Source: Nemertoderma westbladi (Eukaryota > Animalia > Xenacoelomorpha). Taken from it: DNA of 35,469 bases. The notes beneath the pieces are model-generated. The model was given only the letters and a program-made list of their open reading frames with translations, made no database searches and was not told the DNA's origin. A program made the position numbers and the translations under genes. The stretch lies in NCBI GenBank assembly GCA_032718475.1, contig JAUCBJ010005830.1:1-35469 (forward strand). The letters run 5' to 3'. This document shows positions 13,027-23,066 of this stretch, in pieces; positions within the stretch are counted from its first letter, which is position 1, and each line of letters opens with the position of its first letter.

Positions 13027-13190
13027 GTCTGGGGGGACTGGACGCAATAAAATTGCATCCCTCTCCAGGGGAAATTGGACACAATTAACAGTTGATTACT
13101 CTCGAAAATTAAACTGTAACCTGTTCTATTGTATTGTGTTTAGTTTATTGTTTTGGTTAAAATAACGTGCCTTTGTAACCTGCTCCTTTC
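13027..13190 (+). repeat. Copy of a dispersed MITE (also at 33996-34226; inverted fragments at ~3797-3840 and ~8985-9040)
   Basis: actggacgcaataaaa...catccctctccaggggaaatt...ttattgttttggttaaaataacgt...tgtaacctgctcctt is shared with the 34-kb copy. Confidence 0.8.
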
Positions 13191-13418
13191 CAGAAGGAAT
13201 CCGTAATTAAATATCCCATTTTTCATTTCATCCTTTTCATCCAGTTTAAAATATAAAACTATAATAATTAAAATTGATGTTGGATCAATTAAACAGATTT
13301 AATGATAAACCTTCAACATCAAATCGTTTTATATATTTATACTACTGACTGGTATAATATTAAATGTCAAATTTGGAATGTCATGTCAAATTTGAATCTT
13401 TGCAGAATTTAAAACGTA

Positions 13419-13748
13419 TGTGAGATATGAGATATAACCGCCGTACTACGTACTACATTTTCCTTTTTCTTAGATACAGTAGATGTGAGATATGATATAC
13501 AACCGCCGTACTACCTTTTTATTAGATATATTACTTAGGAAATATTCATACGCGGTGTACGTGTAGGACAGTAGTAGTTCTTGGTCTGTCTGTCTGTTGT
13601 TTATACTGTTATACTGCTGTAGGTACTACCGGTATGGTATCCTACTATTTTCTGATTTTACTTATATTTGTGTTTTGGCCTTATTGTGGATAATAATATA
13701 CTATCGGACTGTCGGACTCTTATTCTTATTCTGAAAACCCGGCTTACA
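13419..13748 (+). repeat. 5' LTR (330 bp)
   Basis: tgtgagatatg...ggcttaca. No differences from the 3' LTR seen by eye. Its first ~30 bp are imperfectly repeated at ~13484. Confidence 0.97.
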
Positions 13749-13750
13749 TA

Positions 13751-13767
13751 TGGGGGCTTGTCCGGGA
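13751..13767 (+). promoter_or_regulatory. Primer-binding site complementary to the 3' end of tRNA-Pro
   Basis: TGGGGGCTTGTCCGGGA, 2 nt after the LTR. One C>T difference from the canonical Pro PBS TGGGGGCTCGTCCGGGA. Confidence 0.9.
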
Positions 13768-13852
13768 AATGAAAGATATTCCATGAATTAAATGGATAAC
13801 TTCACGGTGTTTCTGCTAAAGTACTGAAGTAGGCTAAAGTCTGTTGGGTTGA

Positions 13853-16800
13853 ATGCGACGGAATTTCCCGGGAAAACCAAATCGTGCCAGAAAATTATTA
13901 CCGGTATTACGAGGAATACCAGAACTGGGTGAAGAAGAACCAGCGCTACCAGTACAACGAGTAGGCCTACCTAGAACTGAACAGCAATTAGACTTAGAGA
14001 GATTACAAGTACCGGTACCGGTATTGGGACAACCTATTCAAAACCGAAATATGGCACACTTCCATAAACAACCGACTACGTATACCGGTGCTGGCGATAT
14101 TGATGAATGGTTAGAATCGTTTAATCGAATATCTCGATTAAATGAGTGGGATAATGACGTAAAGGGAAGGGCAATTGGAGCCTACTTGGGGGGACGAGCG
14201 TTACGGTTATTGGAGGAAATTCCGCTAGCCGGCCAAGAAAACTTTAATACAGTTAGAGATGCGTTGCGTAATTATTTCGGAGCTCAGGATAGGGGTGTCT
14301 ATTATCCACGATTGCTCAACTGCAAACAGTTACCAATGGAGCCTATTGATGTTTATGTTGAGCGTTTAAAGTCACTTGCTTCTAAAGCTTTACCGAACAT
14401 GGCGGCTGATCAACGCAGTGACTTACTTCTACAGATATTCTATGGAGGAATAACGGAGGATTTATCAGATACGCTACGCATGATTGAGCCGCCAGATTTC
14501 GAAACCGCGGTCCAGCGAGCTAGAAGGATCGAGCTACATCGCAATAATAGAAACCATGAACGAGAATCTGATAATAGTGAGCGGGAATCTTGGAGTAATC
14601 CCCGCCAATTACGGTTACAATGTGGTGACCATAAGGGCGTTACGAATACCGATAAACTAGAAAAGGATATGGATGAAATCCGCGGTTTACTTAAAAATCA
14701 ATCGGCACCCACAGCGCATCTCTACGATCAAGTTGACCAACTACAGCGAGAAATGGCTAGTTTAAAACTGGCTAGTTGTGGTTCTACTGGAAGGGATCCG
14801 AGCAGATTAACCGACAGAAATATCAGTAATACAAGTAGGCCGTATCGATTTCGGGATAATAATAATTATTATCGTGGTAATGTTGATAATAATAATTATC
14901 GTGGTAATGTTGATAATAATAATTATCGTAGTAATGTTGATAATAACGTGCCAATAGTAGGTACCGGTACTCATGGTAGGTCAGTTAATTATGGGGTTAC
15001 GTGTTACAATTGTGGGGAACCAGGTCACATTCGCCCCAACTGCCCTAATAAACGCTCAAATTTCAATGGGAATTACAGCCCCCAACCTAATTGGCAAAAC
15101 CAATCACAGCCTCCAACCCCACAATTTACACGTACACAACCACAAAGCAATGCCACTACCAGCCGTAGAAATAAATCGAGTCGGTGTATACAAGTTTCGA
15201 TTTCGGAGTTTAATAGTGGTAAAATTTTAAGTTTACTAGATAGTGGTTCAGATTATAGTATGATTGATGTTAGTAAAGTGGCTCCAAATGTTACTATACA
15301 GCCTAGTAGAACTGATTCAGTTCAAGGTTTAGGTGGTTCACTTAAGGTTTTAGGTGAAATTACAACCCGTGTTTTTATTACCCCGTCATTTTCTATACAA
15401 GTAACTTTTGATGTGGTGGATTTATCATTAACAGGTTTATCTCATAGCGAAACATTTATTGTTTTAGGCTCTGATTTCCTTGATATTAGTAGAGCGGTTA
15501 TTGATGTTTTTAATTGTTGTTTACGTTTAAGTAATGGTGAATGTGTTTATTTTTCCAACCAACCTGTTGTCAGTGATAACCAAAACGCGTCTCATACGTA
15601 CTGGGCTACAACATCCATCATTAGTAGTAAACGTGTCGTCATACCCCCAAATGCACATGCTATTATAGAAGGGCAATTTAAGTCAGCTGTTAGACCAACT
15701 ACACCTATTGTATTAGAACCAGTGACTAGGTCTAAAACTCAAATTATGACAGCTAAAAGTGTATTTGATTCAAGTGTTAATAACAATAGTACTGTACCTG
15801 TTCAAATAATGAACGTGAATGACTTCCCAGTGACGGTATATGAGAAACAACGTATAGCATGTTTTACTTGCATAGACCAAAATCAGACCTCACCCAATGT
15901 AGTGTCAGTTGATCAAATTGATAATGTCATTGATGATGATGACCCTGATGAAAATGCAGAAAAGGTTGATTTTTTTAATAAGGAGCTGAAATTGGACCAT
16001 TTAACTGACAAACAACGTGCTGATATAATTAATATTGCTTCCAATTTCCCTGATACTTTTTCTAAGGGTGAATACGATATAGGCAAAACTGGAAAAATTA
16101 CTCATAACATTCAATTAAAGGAAGGGGCAACACCTGTTCGTCAGAAACCTTATGCTGTACCTATAGCCATACGACCACAGTTAAAACAGCGTTTAACAAA
16201 AATGCAGGAAATTGGGGTTATACGTCCCAGTGTTAGTGAATGGGCTGCCCCTATTGTTATAGTTAAGAAGTCAGATGGTGGATGGAGGTTAGCGGTTGAT
16301 TTACGTGGCCTCAATTCGGTTTCAGTTCCGCAGTTTTGGCCCTTACCCCGGGTAGACGAAATGTTATCGGAAATTGGGGCATCTTCTCCTAAATATTTCA
16401 CAGCCCTCGACTTCCGTTGGATGTTTTGGCAAATACCACTTGATCCTGCAGACACACATAAGACTGCCTTTGTTACACCATGGGGACACTACGAATTCTT
16501 ACGCCTTCCTTTTGGTTTACAAAGTTCCCCGGCAACTTGCCAGAGACTAATGCAGCTTGCTATTGAGGATATTACCCATGCATTAGTGTATCTCGACGAT
16601 CTTATTTTATATTCAAACGATTGGGAATCCCACCTAGAGTTAATTAAAGTTACATTGCAAAGTCTTACTGATATAGGACTCAAACTCAAACCAGCCAAAT
16701 GTGTATTTGGGGCTTCCTGTGTTAAATTCCTGGGCCATATCATAGATAGTAAAGGTATACACGTTGATCATGAGAAGGCTACAGCCATGTGTAATTATCC

Positions 16801-19159
16801 CAGGCCTACTAGTGTAAAACTGTTGAGAAGTTTTCTTGGGTTTACAGGATTTTATCGCAAGTTTATTAAAGACTATAGTAAGATAACAGCTCCTTTAAAT
16901 ATGCTGTTACGGAAGAATGTTCGTTTCCTGTGGACAGTTGATTGCGAAGAGGCATTCTTGGAGCTGAAACGTCGTTTAACATCATCACCAATTCTTGGGC
17001 ATCCAGATTTTCAATCAGAATTTTTTCTTGAGACTGATGCTAGTGGATCAGGTTTAGGTGCTGTTCTTTATCAATCTGATCAAGTAATTGCGTATGCTTC
17101 CAGGTCTATCAGTGTTAGTGAAGCTAAATGGAGTATTACAGAACTGGAGTGTCTTGCGTTAGTATGGGCCACTACCAAGTTCCGCTTCTATTTACTTGGT
17201 AGACCATTTACTATTATTTCGGATCATAATCCTTTGACGTGTCTTTCTAGTAAACAACAACTTCCAGGCCGTTTGCAGAGATGGGCTATAAAGTTGTCCG
17301 AATATCAATATACAGTTCGTTATCAACCTGGTAAGCTAAATAAAGCAGATTTTCTGTCCCGTCAAATCGATTTTCCTATGTTACCGAGTAACAGATGTTC
17401 CGATGCGATTGTGAGTAATACGCAAGCTGCAAGGGAGAATTTATCTAGTTCCAGTGATGAACACCGTTGCCTCTGTGGTATGATACAACCCAATCAAAGG
17501 GAGGTGAATAATAGCATAGACAGCTACATTAGAGATCCATTACTGGTCGTTGATGTTGCCAGTATAGCTTTAAATATATTAATACTCGAAGCCGAACCTT
17601 CATATGATGAGCCTACTGCCTTACAGAATATTATTAATGAAGTAGAACATAATCTTACCATTCTTGAATCTGATAGTGGTGATATTGTATCTCAGTGTTC
17701 CGACATAGATGCTATTGTACAATCTGCAGGTGATGTTGATGACAGTTTAGAGATCGATTCGTTACAACATCACTTCATTGGATCTGTGGGTCATCCGCAG
17801 AATTCTGGATTTATTTCTGTCAGTATGTTACGACATTTTCAACGAACTGATAGGAACTTAGGACCAATGATTTCATTTCTAGAATATGGAACATTACCTT
17901 CAACAGATGTAGAGTTAAGCGAGTTGAAACATATGTATAAACTAAAGACCCATTATGGTCTTGTAGATGGATTATTGGTACATTTTTCGAAAGCAAAGAC
18001 ATCGTCAAAGGTCATCCAAGTTGTTGTTCCAGAACTACTTCGTAAGCAGATCTTGTATTATTTTCATGATCAATCGTCGCATTTGGGTCTTGATAAAGTA
18101 ATGTCATCAATTCAGACTCGTTATTATTGGGTTAACTTGCAAGGGACTGCTGATAAGTATATTAAAGGGTGTGACCTCTGTCAACGTCGAAAAGGTTATC
18201 CTGCATTACAGCCTTTGCATCCCATTCCAATTCCTTCCAGAACTATGGAGAGACATTCTATGGACATTGTAAAGGGGTTCCCACAAACTGTTAATGGAAA
18301 TAACAAAATATTATCTGTTATTGATAATTTAACCAAGTACTGGTTCTTAATACCACTTCCAAATGAAGAGGCGACAACTGTTGCTAAAGCTCTTGTCAAC
18401 AATATTTTTCTAGTGTACGGATCTCCAGAAACCATTCTAACTGATCAGGGAAGTAACTTTCTTTCGGATCTTTTCAAGGAATTAGAAAATCTCTTTGGCA
18501 TCACTCACCTTAGAACGGCTGTTTATAATCCTGCTTGCAATGGTGCGGCAGAACGTACCAACAGGTCAATGTTAAGCATGTTGTCGTTAACATGTACAGA
18601 TAATAACAGATGGGATGAATCACTTCCCCTCGTTGCTTTTAATTACAACATTAGCAAACAAAGTAGCACACAAGTGTCACCATTCTTTATGATGTTTGGC
18701 AGAACACCACGTGTCCCAGTAGATACATTCATTGAACGGCCGTATTCCATAATCGCTGATACTGCTGAATACCCCGAAGTGTTGAAATGGAGACTTCAAG
18801 AATCTCAGGATATAGCTCGGAAATGTTTGCAGCAAGCCCAGGTTCATCAGAAAGTGTACCACGATAAACGGGTGAACAAAGCTGTAATAAAAATTCCACA
18901 GGAATTTCGTTGCGGACAACAAGTTCTTTACTTTGACCGTAGCATTAAACGAAAGAACAACAAACTTCGACATCCTTGGGCTGGTCCATATATTATTGTA
19001 AAGAAGTTGTCACCTTTGACCTACAGAATTAGACCACCCCGTAAACGTGTGTCGGCTAGAACACCGGTAAAGACGGTTAATATTAAGGATTTAAAGAGGT
19101 ACATTCGCCAAAGTGATAATTCGTCAGAGGCGACGGTTCCTGCGGTTGAGAGTGACTAA
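13853..19159 (+). CDS. Gypsy gag-pol polyprotein, single uninterrupted ORF (1768 aa)
   Basis: Capsid-like region (DIDEWLESF...), CCHC knuckle CYNCGEPGHIRPNC (~15002), protease LLDSGS (~15233), RT WAAPIVIVKK/LPFGL/YLDD (~16589), RNase H ETDAS...ELECLA...DH...ADFLSR, integrase H-x4-H...CDLC with SMD/TDQG/AER triad, and GPY module. The real start could be the ATG at ~14050. Confidence 0.97.
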   Translation: MRRNFPGKPNRARKLLPVLRGIPELGEEEPALPVQRVGLPRTEQQLDLERLQVPVPVLGQPIQNRNMAHFHKQPTTYTGAGDIDEWLESFNRISRLNEWDNDVKGRAIGAYLGGRALRLLEEIPLAGQENFNTVRDALRNYFGAQDRGVYYPRLLNCKQLPMEPIDVYVERLKSLASKALPNMAADQRSDLLLQIFYGGITEDLSDTLRMIEPPDFETAVQRARRIELHRNNRNHERESDNSERESWSNPRQLRLQCGDHKGVTNTDKLEKDMDEIRGLLKNQSAPTAHLYDQVDQLQREMASLKLASCGSTGRDPSRLTDRNISNTSRPYRFRDNNNYYRGNVDNNNYRGNVDNNNYRSNVDNNVPIVGTGTHGRSVNYGVTCYNCGEPGHIRPNCPNKRSNFNGNYSPQPNWQNQSQPPTPQFTRTQPQSNATTSRRNKSSRCIQVSISEFNSGKILSLLDSGSDYSMIDVSKVAPNVTIQPSRTDSVQGLGGSLKVLGEITTRVFITPSFSIQVTFDVVDLSLTGLSHSETFIVLGSDFLDISRAVIDVFNCCLRLSNGECVYFSNQPVVSDNQNASHTYWATTSIISSKRVVIPPNAHAIIEGQFKSAVRPTTPIVLEPVTRSKTQIMTAKSVFDSSVNNNSTVPVQIMNVNDFPVTVYEKQRIACFTCIDQNQTSPNVVSVDQIDNVIDDDDPDENAEKVDFFNKELKLDHLTDKQRADIINIASNFPDTFSKGEYDIGKTGKITHNIQLKEGATPVRQKPYAVPIAIRPQLKQRLTKMQEIGVIRPSVSEWAAPIVIVKKSDGGWRLAVDLRGLNSVSVPQFWPLPRVDEMLSEIGASSPKYFTALDFRWMFWQIPLDPADTHKTAFVTPWGHYEFLRLPFGLQSSPATCQRLMQLAIEDITHALVYLDDLILYSNDWESHLELIKVTLQSLTDIGLKLKPAKCVFGASCVKFLGHIIDSKGIHVDHEKATAMCNYPRPTSVKLLRSFLGFTGFYRKFIKDYSKITAPLNMLLRKNVRFLWTVDCEEAFLELKRRLTSSPILGHPDFQSEFFLETDASGSGLGAVLYQSDQVIAYASRSISVSEAKWSITELECLALVWATTKFRFYLLGRPFTIISDHNPLTCLSSKQQLPGRLQRWAIKLSEYQYTVRYQPGKLNKADFLSRQIDFPMLPSNRCSDAIVSNTQAARENLSSSSDEHRCLCGMIQPNQREVNNSIDSYIRDPLLVVDVASIALNILILEAEPSYDEPTALQNIINEVEHNLTILESDSGDIVSQCSDIDAIVQSAGDVDDSLEIDSLQHHFIGSVGHPQNSGFISVSMLRHFQRTDRNLGPMISFLEYGTLPSTDVELSELKHMYKLKTHYGLVDGLLVHFSKAKTSSKVIQVVVPELLRKQILYYFHDQSSHLGLDKVMSSIQTRYYWVNLQGTADKYIKGCDLCQRRKGYPALQPLHPIPIPSRTMERHSMDIVKGFPQTVNGNNKILSVIDNLTKYWFLIPLPNEEATTVAKALVNNIFLVYGSPETILTDQGSNFLSDLFKELENLFGITHLRTAVYNPACNGAAERTNRSMLSMLSLTCTDNNRWDESLPLVAFNYNISKQSSTQVSPFFMMFGRTPRVPVDTFIERPYSIIADTAEYPEVLKWRLQESQDIARKCLQQAQVHQKVYHDKRVNKAVIKIPQEFRCGQQVLYFDRSIKRKNNKLRHPWAGPYIIVKKLSPLTYRIRPPRKRVSARTPVKTVNIKDLKRYIRQSDNSSEATVPAVESD

Positions 19160-19871
19160 TTGGTGTCGGAGGCGTTTTAAGTCTCACACTATGTACGGGA
19201 CCCATATAAGAAAGGAACAAAATTGAAACTGTGAAAATAATGTTAAGTATGGGGAACATGGGTCGAGTATAGTCAAATGTAGTGAATCCATGTGGGGTTT
19301 ATTTTTTATATATATAGCCATACTGTATGTATACTGTAGTTGTGTTTAATGCTTGTTCTTGGTTTAAAATAAAAACTCAATTTAACAAACTCGTTTGTGT
19401 AAGTAACATTTTGTGGGTTTTCTATGGTAGACTTATTATAGACTAGAAGCTAAGAATATAATTAATTACTTTCTGTAAGCAGCGGTTTACGTGCTTTTAT
19501 AGTAGATTACTAAAGGTACAGTAGGCCTAATATGTTGTTGGTGTTATTATTGAGCAATGCTTAAAGGAAGGAGGCTATAGATATCCCTGAACAGTTCCCA
19601 TTTTTTTTATATTGGTTGTTTTGCACTAAAGTGCCATTGTGGAATTTATTATGTTATGCATCATATTGTTTTATCTTTGATAAATAATCTAGGTTTGTTG
19701 TGATTGTGAAACTTGATGTTGTGAAATAGTTTATCTCTGATATTTTCAGTAAAGGGACATTTCCATTTTTTTACTTATTTAGTGTCTACTAGACAGTTGT
19801 CAATTACATCGTATTTCAGTTATTGTGTACTACTGTAGAATCGCTTGAGGACAAGCGATTTGTTTTGTACC

Positions 19872-19881
19872 GGGGGGAAGA
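19872..19881 (+). promoter_or_regulatory. Polypurine tract
   Basis: GGGGGGAAGA directly before the 3' LTR, preceded by the hairpin aatcgcttg-agga-caagcgatt at ~19839-19860. Confidence 0.9.
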
Positions 19882-20211
19882 TGTGAGATATGAGATATAA
19901 CCGCCGTACTACGTACTACATTTTCCTTTTTCTTAGATACAGTAGATGTGAGATATGATATACAACCGCCGTACTACCTTTTTATTAGATATATTACTTA
20001 GGAAATATTCATACGCGGTGTACGTGTAGGACAGTAGTAGTTCTTGGTCTGTCTGTCTGTTGTTTATACTGTTATACTGCTGTAGGTACTACCGGTATGG
20101 TATCCTACTATTTTCTGATTTTACTTATATTTGTGTTTTGGCCTTATTGTGGATAATAATATACTATCGGACTGTCGGACTCTTATTCTTATTCTGAAAA
20201 CCCGGCTTACA
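19882..20211 (+). repeat. 3' LTR (330 bp)
   Basis: Direct repeat of 13419-13748. Confidence 0.97.
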
Positions 20212-20914
20212 CGTAATTATTTCAAAAAATTCTTGGTGAATTTCAATTACCCCTGGTGAAAATGTTCAAATGGCAAATTAATGTCTACATATAAAAATTC
20301 AGATGCCCAATTAAATAATTGAACTCCCAAAGCACATTTGCTCTTTTTCCATGTCAAATTTAGCATGAAATGTCAAATTTGAAAAGCAAAATGTCAAATT
20401 TGACATAATGTCAAATTAAGCCAGGAACCAGACTGTCCGCCAACATTTATACCGGTAAGGTAAGCCTACCACCTACCGGCTGGCTACCATCGCACCGTAG
20501 GTCTACCGCCTACACCTACCGGTCAACCGGTAACGGTAGGCTACCGCGTACCGGTACAGCGGTACTCAAAGTCGTACCGGTATTGTCGTAATTGACAAAT
20601 GCAGGATTAAACCGTAACCCGTTCCGGCAGACTGAGTGCATAGTGCTAAGATTGCTAACCATTAACAAAACACAGTTCTTCGGCATACTGGACACTGGTA
20701 CAAGTTAGCTATCTACTGCTAGGGCTAGGCTAGGACCTACTGCTGCACTGACCTATGACAGTACAGCAGTATGAAGATAGGCAGATAGGCCTACAGGCAG
20801 ACAATCAGACAGTACTAGCAGTCTAGGGCCTACCGGACTGCAGTACCGGTACTGCAGTATTGGTAATTGCTAATGCTAATTAATTACCTTAATTAAATCT
20901 TCAATTAGGTCATA

Positions 20915-21225
20915 ATGTAGGTCCAAATTTAAAAATCGGCCTCCGTTAATCGATTTAGAAATAATTCAGGTACCTCCATGCCAAATATCAGAATCATTCA
21001 TTGCGTTCCCTATGACAAGATAGCTTTTTCCTAAACCATGCGAAAACATGCAAATATAGCGCTCACATCGCACAAATACCATCTCGACACCCAATTTTTT
21101 GTATGAGCCTTCGCCATCCCTATATCTAACTTTTGTGCAAATTTTGTTTCGATTGATTAACAAATAACTGAGATAACTGAGATATCGCTCTGGACACACA
21201 CACACACACACATTACGGTAATAAT
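20915..21225. mobile_element. Helentron/DINE-1-like (HINE) fragment with a (CA)n microsatellite
   Basis: catgccaaatatcag, aaaattttg and gagatatcgc motifs followed by ggacacacacac... This layout is typical of DINE-like elements, but no termini were confirmed. Confidence 0.4.
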
Positions 21226-21552
21226 GGTCACTTATGTCAAAGACCGTGAACCAATATTGACACGCATAAGAAATATTATGCCGATAAACACCAGTTCAAC
21301 ACCAATGAACCTGAGTGTAGTAGGCCTAGTGTATGCCTAAACAAATATAATATAAGAGCCTAACAACTGCTTACTTAATGATGAACTACAAGTAAAATAG
21401 TATCTGGTAAAATCTATGAAATATGACAATGTATTGACGTATTATTCCGGTTATATATCCTCAACCAGTATCAGGCTGTGACGTGATATTACAATATTTA
21501 TTTGTTTAATTACTTAAAATAGACATATTATACAGCTGAGTTTCTCTTTTAG

Positions 21553-21741
21553 GCCTCAAGATGGTGCGACAGAGGCATTACACTACTGGCATCTCAACCT
21601 CTTGATCAATGTCAGTCGTTAGGTGGCGCTAGACTTTCTCTCATGGAGTTGGAAGAATTCCTGGGGAATTTCGATTGTCGAGATTCCGATACGGCACCAC
21701 TTCGGAACGTTCCGGAAGAAAATATAACGGACGAATCGCGG
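21553..21741 (+). CDS. MCF2L: MCF2L/Dbs-like exon, phase 0-0 (absent from the ORF track)
   Basis: ttttAG|...|GTcagt. Encodes ASRWCDRGITLLASQPLDQCQSLGGARLSLMELEEFL..., matching the Dbs motif WCDEGIYLLASQPVDKCQS. 189 bp. Confidence 0.92.
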
Positions 21742-21894
21742 GTCAGTCAGAAAAAATATTTCATATTCTGTTACTTAACGTTAAAATATTTCTACAATAA
21801 TTTGGCTTACATTTTGTAAAAGTAAAAGTGAAAGTGAAAGTACTTATTCGACTTTGGGAGTGGCGCCCTCCCTTCCTTACAGGTATATCTATAA

Positions 21895-22915
21895 TCAGCA
21901 TGCTGCACAGCAGTCGCATTAAGAATGCTGTGCCGGCTTATCGATAAAATCGCGCCGCTACAACTCCCTATCATCATGACAATACGAGATTATCCGCATC
22001 ACCAAGGCCCGTTTCCTTTGAAAGGCATTTCAAGAAAGTCATTGGGTGTTCCCTGTTTTTATTCTATCCACGAGGTCGACAAAGCACAATATTGTACACG
22101 GGCTGGTTCTACAGCGAAAGAAATGTCCTGCAAAGCGGAGGGGCCGCGGTAGGAATACCTTAAATGATAGAGGGAATCCATAGACCCAGCGGGTATCAAG
22201 TAGACCCAGCGGGTAACCGATAGACCCAGCCGGTATCCAGTAGACCCAGCGGGTACCAGTGGACCCAGTGGGTAACCAGTAGACCAAGCGGGTAACCAGT
22301 AGGTAACCAGTAAACCCAGCGAATATCCTGTAGACCCAGCGGGTAACCGATAAACCCAGCGGGTATCCAGTAGATCCAACGGGTAACCAGTAGACCTAGC
22401 GGGTAACAAGTAGACCCAGTGGGTAACCAGTAGATCCAGCGGGAAACCAGTATACCCAACGGGTATCCAAGAGACCCAACGGGTAACGGTATTATTGTTT
22501 ATGCTGGTTGTGTTGTCCGTAGCAGTTAGAGCCTAGCATTAACCCCCGTGCTGGGCTATCACAGCAGCACAAATTATAGAACCGTCTTAAGATTCCATGC
22601 ATTCTATTATTAGATTTACAATCCCGGACAGCCCATTCAATGCCGCCTATCGGCCTATGTCTACCTCTTACGAACTTGAATGTCTTTATTCGGAATCAAT
22701 GATCCCGAGAGGCTGAAGTAATTTCCATTCACAATCACACCATCCTTAGAGCGTACGATGAGACAATAGTTAACAGAAGTTACAGAGACAGAAGTTAACG
22801 TCAAAATGTTGGTCTTCTTAGAGTTAACACAAAGACCAACCAAAGAAGCAGTCTATACTAATTGTTGGGCTCCCTCTTGTGATTCTGAGAGAAGGTTTAA
22901 TTCATCAGCAAATAT
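21895..22915 (-). mobile_element. Old degraded RTE LINE fragment interrupted by a minisatellite
   Basis: The minus strand gives FADELNLLSESQEGAQQL, GLCVNSKKTNIL, DIQVRK and LRFAGH, followed by the family 3' UTR (aagaatgctgtgccggctt). Confidence 0.7.
22181..22487. repeat. 20-bp minisatellite (TAGACCCAGCGGGTAACCAG)n, about 15 copies
   Basis: Visible 20-bp periodicity. Confidence 0.9.
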
Positions 22916-23066
22916 GTATACTTTAGATCACTTTAGTGTTTGACTGGTTTTATTCGAATTGTGCAGTCAGAAGGAGGAGTTACCCTCACCCCATCTAAAT
23001 ATGATGATCTAAGGACATGCGTGGAACATATTCCATCTCATTATGAATAAGGCCTTGAAGGTAATA

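Larger units (their letters stand above)
13419..20211 (+). mobile_element. Full-length Ty3/Gypsy LTR retrotransposon (6793 bp)
   Basis: TG...CA LTRs, 4-bp TSD CGTA at 13415-13418 and 20212-20215, PBS, PPT, and domain order gag-PR-RT-RH-INT. Confidence 0.98.
10995..20435. mobile_element. TIR DNA transposon with CAGT...ACTG ends and a 5-bp TSD; about 1.65 kb once the nested hAT and Gypsy elements are removed
   Basis: ~45-bp TIR CAGTCTGGTTCC(C/T)GGCTTAATTTGACATTATGTCAAATTTGACAT with one mismatch. TSD TCCGC at 10990-10994 and 20436-20440. tgtcaaattt subterminal repeats at 11025-11075, 13365-13395 and 20350-20417. Confidence 0.88.

Noticed and set aside
14973-18973. Short overlapping or antisense ORFs within gag-pol
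   Set aside because: Expected shadow ORFs with no recognisable motifs.
19160-19871. Possible env or extra ORF in the Gypsy 3' region
   Set aside because: AT-rich, with no ORF of 60 aa or more on either strand in the track.
22039-22459. PAGSTGYPLG repeat ORFs
   Set aside because: Translations of the 20-bp minisatellite.
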